Assembly: GCA_964416985.1 (NCBI GenBank)
Contig: CAYQFS010000001.1
Location: 19,413 to 83,412 of the forward strand
Length of the DNA: 64,000 nt
DNA from: an uncultured Candidatus Saccharibacteria bacterium
GTDB taxonomy: Bacteria; Patescibacteriota; Minisyncoccia; Phycocordibacterales; PALSA-1337
Direction: 5' to 3'
A model generated the notes under the pieces. That model was not told the origin of the DNA, searched no databases, and saw nothing but the letters and a program-made list of their open reading frames with translations. Numbering within the stretch: the stretch's first letter is position 1; every line of letters starts with the position of its first letter. Both the position numbers and the translations under genes were made by a program. Shown one piece after another: positions 59,243 to 64,000 of this stretch.

Positions 59243-60955
59243 ATGAAAACCTACCAGACTCGCAAAATTCTCACTGTTGAAGAGAAAAATAAATTGGGAA
59301 ATTATCCCGATCTTCTGACGCGGCTTCTTTTTCATCGAGGAATTACCAACAGAGAAATGTCTGAAAGTTTTCTCAATCCAAATTACGACACCCAGACGCA
59401 TGACCCATTTCTTTTGAAAGATGCTGAGAAAGCGGCAGAGAGAATTATAAAAGCGATACAAAATGACCAGAAAGTGGTCATTTATAGCGACTACGATACA
59501 GACGGCATTCCGGCAGGAGTCGCGCTTCACGATTTGTTTAAAAAAATTGGTTTCAAAAATTTCATAAATTATATTCCACATCGTCACGATGAAGGATTTG
59601 GATTAAATGAAGAGGCGATTAGGCAGTTTATCGAGGACAAAGTACAGCTTCTCATTACCATTGATTGCGGAATTGCAGATGTTGAACACGTGAAGCTCGC
59701 AGAGAAAAATGGCATCGACGTCATCATTACCGATCATCATTTGCCCGGAGAAAAACTTCCTCCGGCTTTTGCAATCGTCAATCCAAAACAGACTGACTGT
59801 AAGTATCCAGAAAAAATGCTCTGTGGTGCGGGAGTCATTTACAAAGTCATTCAGGCAGTTCTTCTTAAAAACAGATTTGGGATAAAGGAGGGTTGGGAAA
59901 AGTGGCTGCTTGATATGGTGGGTATTGCCACGCTCTCCGACATGGTGCCTCTCTCGGGGGAGAACAGGGTTTTTGCTCACTATGGACTGACAGTTCTCCG
60001 AAAAAGTCCACGAAAAGGCCTCGTGAGGCTTCTCAAAAAATTAAAAACGGATCAAAGATACCTTACCGAAGAGGATATTGGTTTTACAATTGGTCCCCGC
60101 ATTAACGCTGCATCGAGAATGGGAGTGCCGATGGATGCTTTTCTCCTTCTTTCGACAGATGATGATGTTGAGGCAGCACGGCTTGCGGATCATCTTGATC
60201 ATATTAATAATGAAAGAAAGGGAACAGTGGCGGCTCTCGTAAAAGAGGTAAAAAAACACGTTCACGAAAGGTACAAGGACAGTCCGGGTAGGGTTATTGT
60301 AATTGGAAATCCGGACTGGAAGCCGTCGCTTCTTGGTCTTGCTGCAAATACGGTGAGTGAAGAGTATTTGACGCCAGTTTTTCTCTGGGGCAGGGATGGC
60401 GACAATATAATAAAAGGTTCATGTCGTGCTGCAGGTTTGGTCAATCTGGTCGAGCTTATGAATGAAATTCCAGAAGGAAGTTTTATACAATTTGGAGGTC
60501 ATGCCGAATCAGGAGGGTTTGTGGTAAGCGGGTCGGAAATTCATACTCTTGAAGAAAAATTAAATACGGCGTATGAGAAAATTAAAAAACAAAAGAAAGA
60601 AATTATTTTGTATGTCGATACCGAGCTTACTCCTGATGATGTAAATTATGATACATACAGGCAGATAGAAAAAGTCGGGCCGTTCGGGACAGGGAATGAA
60701 AAGCCGCTGTTTATATTTAAAAATATTCTTCTCTCAAATGTGAAGCAATTTGGGAAAGAACAAAACCATCTTGAAATTTCCTTTAAAAAAACAAACGGCT
60801 CAAGTGTTACTGCGATCGGATTTTTTATGAAACCCTCAGATTATCCCTTGGTCAAACTGACGGCTGGCTCAACAATCTCTCTTGTGGCAACTATGGAGAA
60901 ATCCATGTTTCGAGGACGGCCAGAGCTTAGATTAAGGATTGTTGATATACTATAG
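59243..60955 (+). CDS. recJ: Single-stranded-DNA exonuclease RecJ
   Basis: DYDTDG, IDCG, TDHH, PRINAASR and GGH; start at MKTYQ after TGaTATACT. Confidence 0.96.
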   Translation: MKTYQTRKILTVEEKNKLGNYPDLLTRLLFHRGITNREMSESFLNPNYDTQTHDPFLLKDAEKAAERIIKAIQNDQKVVIYSDYDTDGIPAGVALHDLFKKIGFKNFINYIPHRHDEGFGLNEEAIRQFIEDKVQLLITIDCGIADVEHVKLAEKNGIDVIITDHHLPGEKLPPAFAIVNPKQTDCKYPEKMLCGAGVIYKVIQAVLLKNRFGIKEGWEKWLLDMVGIATLSDMVPLSGENRVFAHYGLTVLRKSPRKGLVRLLKKLKTDQRYLTEEDIGFTIGPRINAASRMGVPMDAFLLLSTDDDVEAARLADHLDHINNERKGTVAALVKEVKKHVHERYKDSPGRVIVIGNPDWKPSLLGLAANTVSEEYLTPVFLWGRDGDNIIKGSCRAAGLVNLVELMNEIPEGSFIQFGGHAESGGFVVSGSEIHTLEEKLNTAYEKIKKQKKEIILYVDTELTPDDVNYDTYRQIEKVGPFGTGNEKPLFIFKNILLSNVKQFGKEQNHLEISFKKTNGSSVTAIGFFMKPSDYPLVKLTAGSTISLVATMEKSMFRGRPELRLRIVDIL

Positions 60956-60958
60956 TGC

Positions 60959-61453
60959 ATGAAAACTATTATCTACACTGACGGATCATCACGTGGCAAT
61001 CCTGGACCAGGAGGGTGGGGGGCTATTGTAATTTCAAATGGGAGAATACAGGAACTTGGTGGAAGGGAGGAAATGACAACGAACAACAGAATGGAACTCA
61101 AGGGAGCGATTGAGGCGCTGAGATCAATTGCCTCTGGAGCCGAAAATGAAATCGTAGTTCATTCTGATTCTCAATATGTGATAAAAGGAATTACAGAATG
61201 GATTTCTGGTTGGCAGAAAAAAGGTTGGAAAAATGCTCAGAAGAAAGCGGTGCTCAACAGAGATCTATGGGAAGAGCTACTCGGAGCAACTCAAGACAAA
61301 AATATTTCATGGAAATATGTTGCTGGACATTCCGACATTGCAGGGAATGAAAGATGCGACGAAATAGCTACACAGTTTGCTGATGGAGAAAAAGTATCAC
61401 TTTATAATGGAATTTTGGACAAATATTCCCTCGGAAAGGCCTTGACAGAGTAG
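60959..61453 (+). CDS. rnhA: Ribonuclease HI
   Basis: YTDGSSRGNPGPGGWG, TNNRMEL, SDSQY and GHS...NERCD. Confidence 0.97.
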   Translation: MKTIIYTDGSSRGNPGPGGWGAIVISNGRIQELGGREEMTTNNRMELKGAIEALRSIASGAENEIVVHSDSQYVIKGITEWISGWQKKGWKNAQKKAVLNRDLWEELLGATQDKNISWKYVAGHSDIAGNERCDEIATQFADGEKVSLYNGILDKYSLGKALTE

Positions 61454-61455
61454 CG

Positions 61456-61517
61456 ATTTTATCAAAACTTTATTTATTTTTTATCAGGATTTTATCTCGA
61501 TCTGTTATGGTTCTGAG
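61456..61517 (+). promoter_or_regulatory. comEC promoter: 46-bp element plus extended -10 (copy 2)
   Basis: Identical to the element upstream of comM; followed by TG-t-TATGGT and ATG 6 nt later. Confidence 0.8.
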
Positions 61518-62867
61518 ATGTCCAAGAATAAAATATATTTCATAATCAGCGCTCTCCTTATTGGCATACTCTGTGTCCGTACGTATTCAGCTTTTCATAA
61601 TCCTAAAAAATCCGCTCTCAAGGAAAATGCTGGGAAAATAGTAACTTTTCAAGGGGAAATAAAGACAGAACCCCTCATCAAAGATTTTCTCCAGACATTT
61701 ACTCTTGAAACGACCGCTGGAGATTTTGTAAGAGTTGGAGCAGATCGATATGGAGAATTTGGCTATGGAGACAAGGTAAAAGTCACAGGGAAGCTTTCCT
61801 CACCGAGAAATTTTGAGGGAAAGGGAGGAAGAGTTTTTGATTATGTGAATTATCTTGGCAAAGACGAAATTTATTTTGAATTCAAAAAAGCTCGGGTAGA
61901 AGTGATTGAAAAAAGTGACGAGAAAAGTATCTCGCGCACCCTTTTCAATTTAAAAAGAAAATTTCTCGATAATCTCGGAAGAGTTTTGGGTGAACCTCAC
62001 GCTGCATTGGCGGGAGGACTTGTAGTGGGGGAGAAAGCGGCTCTCGGGAAGGATCTCATTGATGACTTTAGAAGAGCGGGGCTCATTCATATTGTTGTTC
62101 TTTCTGGATACAACATTACGATTATCGCCGCCATGATAAGGAGGATTCTTTCTTTTCTTCCTCGAACTGCCGGGATTATTGTTGGAGGAATTGGGATAAT
62201 TCTTTTTGGAATTCTTGTTGGTGGAGGGGCGACAGTTGTTCGTTCGTGCATCATGGCGATCATTGCACTCTCAGCGGAACTCTTTCGAAGGGAATACAAC
62301 GTCGTTCGCGCCCTCTTTATCGCTGCTCTTCTTATGCTTATCCAAAACCCTCTCATTCTTTTCTACGATCCTTCATTTCAGCTTTCGTTTCTTGCAACAC
62401 TGGGTCTCATTATGCTCTCTTCTCCTTTTGAAAAAAGACTCGGGTTCATTACCGAAAAATTTGGCATTCGCCCTCTCGTCGCTTCGACAACAGCCACCCA
62501 AGTTTTTGTTTCTCCTCTCATTTTTTATATGATGGGAGACCTTTCTATTGTTGGAATTTTTGTAAATATTGTTGTTTTACCCTTCATTCCTCTCACTATG
62601 CTCCTCGTCTCTCTTGCGGGTCTTCTGGGATTCATTTCAAATTTTCTCTCACAAATTTCAGGATGGGGAGCTCACATTCTTCTTTCGTATGAACTTTTTA
62701 TGGTTAGACAGGCTTCAGCACTGCCGTTTGCGGTAATATCTATTCCGGCATTTTCACTGCGGATTCTTGGAGGAATATATGTTCTGTATGCGGCAATTTT
62801 TCTCTATACGAGAAATCGAGGGGAGGAGACTATGCCTGAAGATTCTTTTCAATCACATCCCAATTAA
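61518..62867 (+). CDS. comEC: ComEC DNA-uptake channel (OB and competence domains, no fused MBL domain)
   Basis: AGLIHIVVLSGYNI, VVRSCIM and SFQLSFLAT. Confidence 0.94.
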   Translation: MSKNKIYFIISALLIGILCVRTYSAFHNPKKSALKENAGKIVTFQGEIKTEPLIKDFLQTFTLETTAGDFVRVGADRYGEFGYGDKVKVTGKLSSPRNFEGKGGRVFDYVNYLGKDEIYFEFKKARVEVIEKSDEKSISRTLFNLKRKFLDNLGRVLGEPHAALAGGLVVGEKAALGKDLIDDFRRAGLIHIVVLSGYNITIIAAMIRRILSFLPRTAGIIVGGIGIILFGILVGGGATVVRSCIMAIIALSAELFRREYNVVRALFIAALLMLIQNPLILFYDPSFQLSFLATLGLIMLSSPFEKRLGFITEKFGIRPLVASTTATQVFVSPLIFYMMGDLSIVGIFVNIVVLPFIPLTMLLVSLAGLLGFISNFLSQISGWGAHILLSYELFMVRQASALPFAVISIPAFSLRILGGIYVLYAAIFLYTRNRGEETMPEDSFQSHPN

Positions 62868-63417
62868 GGTTTGCAAAAAAGTCTTCTACATATTTTTTCT
62901 TTCCGGAAGGCTGATAGTCAGCAACAAACGAGTGTTCCCACATATCAAGTCCGAGAACAAGCGTGCAGTTCTGAAGTTGTCCCAAGTGCTGCTCATCAAT
63001 CCAGGCATTAAGAAGTCTCTTGTCGTTTCGATCGTAGTAGAGCATCGCCCAGCCAATGCCTCGAGTGAGAGCGAGATTTTTAAATTCAGAAAGCCATGCG
63101 TCAAATGAACCAAAATCTTTCTCGATCTTCTTTTTGAGATCGCCTGAGTCCTTGATTTCGTGTGCTCCTCCTTCAAGACTTGCAAAATAGACCTCATGGT
63201 TTCTCATTCCGTTATACTCAAATCCAAAACGGCGCATTACTTCTCCCAAAACATAGGCATTTTTGTCGCTGTCCTTTTTGAGCTCCTCGACTTTCTCGAG
63301 AATGAGGTTTGAATGCTTCACGTATCCTGAATAGAGCTTGAGATGCTCCTCGATTGTTTTCGCTGAGATGCCTTTTAGCTCTGGAATGGTGAATTTTTGC
63401 TCTTCAAATTTTTTCAT
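62830..63417 (-). CDS. sod: Fe/Mn superoxide dismutase
   Basis: EEHLKLY, NHEVYF, GIGWA and LDMWEHSF. Confidence 0.92.
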   Translation of the reverse strand: MKKFEEQKFTIPELKGISAKTIEEHLKLYSGYVKHSNLILEKVEELKKDSDKNAYVLGEVMRRFGFEYNGMRNHEVYFASLEGGAHEIKDSGDLKKKIEKDFGSFDAWLSEFKNLALTRGIGWAMLYYDRNDKRLLNAWIDEQHLGQLQNCTLVLGLDMWEHSFVADYQPSGKKKYVEDFFANLNWDVIEKNLQA

Positions 63418-63501
63418 AAATGTTGTGTAATGGTTAATTTCTTACTAATCTTATCACGGAAATTTTATTTTTTCTTCATTTCGATATGCTAGATTCTTTG
63501 C

Positions 63502-64000
63502 ATGAAGGAAACAAAGGAAAAAATGAGGAAGTATTGGAAATGGGGAGCGGTCGTGCTTGGCCTTGCCCTCATTGCTCTTGGTGCTTATGTTTCTCATTTT
63601 GAACTTCGGGCCAAAGTTCTCGAAGCATACTTTTTTGATCTTGACCGAGGGAGATCGATCTTTTTGAGGACTCCTAACAACAAAAATATTCTCATTGATG
63701 GGGGACAGAACAGCCAGGTTCTTCGCGAGCTTACAAAAGTACTTCCTTTTTACAGGAGACGCATCGATACTGTGATCATTACAAATTCTCCCGCAAAAAA
63801 CGCTGGAGGCCTGAGCGAGGTTGTTCGCAGATATGATGTGGGGAAAATAATTGAACCCACTATTATGGGGACGAGTACAGCGCTTACTGCTCTCGAAAAA
63901 GAAATTGAAAAGAAAAATCTCGGGGATCAAAAAATGAAAAAAGGAGATAGTTTTGAAATAGACGGAGTGAAGTTCGATGTTCTTTTTCCTGATCCCGGAT
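63502..64000 (+). CDS. Stand-alone ComEC-type MBL-fold protein with degenerate active site (3' end runs off the window)
   Basis: Manual translation: TM, FFDLDRGRSIFLRTP...ILIDGG...LPFYRRRIDTVIITNSPAKNAGGL. Confidence 0.8.
   Translation, partial: MKETKEKMRKYWKWGAVVLGLALIALGAYVSHFELRAKVLEAYFFDLDRGRSIFLRTPNNKNILIDGGQNSQVLRELTKVLPFYRRRIDTVIITNSPAKNAGGLSEVVRRYDVGKIIEPTIMGTSTALTALEKEIEKKNLGDQKMKKGDSFEIDGVKFDVLFPDPG

Noticed and set aside
59682-59697. CACGTG-containing parS-like site in recJ
   Set aside because: Isolated, with poorly matching arms.
1-64000. Many 60-190 aa antisense or alternate-frame ORFs in the track
   Set aside because: Shadows of well-supported genes or tRNAs with no recognisable motifs.

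Overview
Origin region of a small-genome bacterial chromosome. Gene content and style point to Patescibacteria/CPR, probably Parcubacteria; this is an inference. Core content: tyrS (partial), PBP1A, dciA-like gene, dnaN, oriC, dnaA, rpmH-rnpA-yidC, a PrgI/VirB4/VirB6/pilin T4SS-like cluster, rsmA, pcrA, comM, rpsO, a Xer recombinase, xth, CCA-adding enzyme, four tRNAs, HU, rny, clpP, tig, hppA, nusA, a type IV pilus operon, tpiA-pgk, recJ, rnhA, comEC and sod. The stand-out is a ~1.95 kb island (36564-38490) that looks like one transcription unit. It runs: promoter, AcrIII-1/Crn2 (DUF1874) ring nuclease gene, a textbook type III hammerhead ribozyme, a 2TM plus minimal SAVED-like gene, an array of stem-loops, an orphan ORF, and a terminator. 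No cyclase or cas gene lies in the window. Also notable: an identical 46-bp element with 11-bp periodicity upstream of comM and comEC (candidate competence-regulon box), a ~360-nt candidate ncRNA, a parS cluster partly inside the CCA gene, many apparently leaderless promoters, and cassette-like orphan genes. All family assignments come from motifs recognised by eye; no searches were run.
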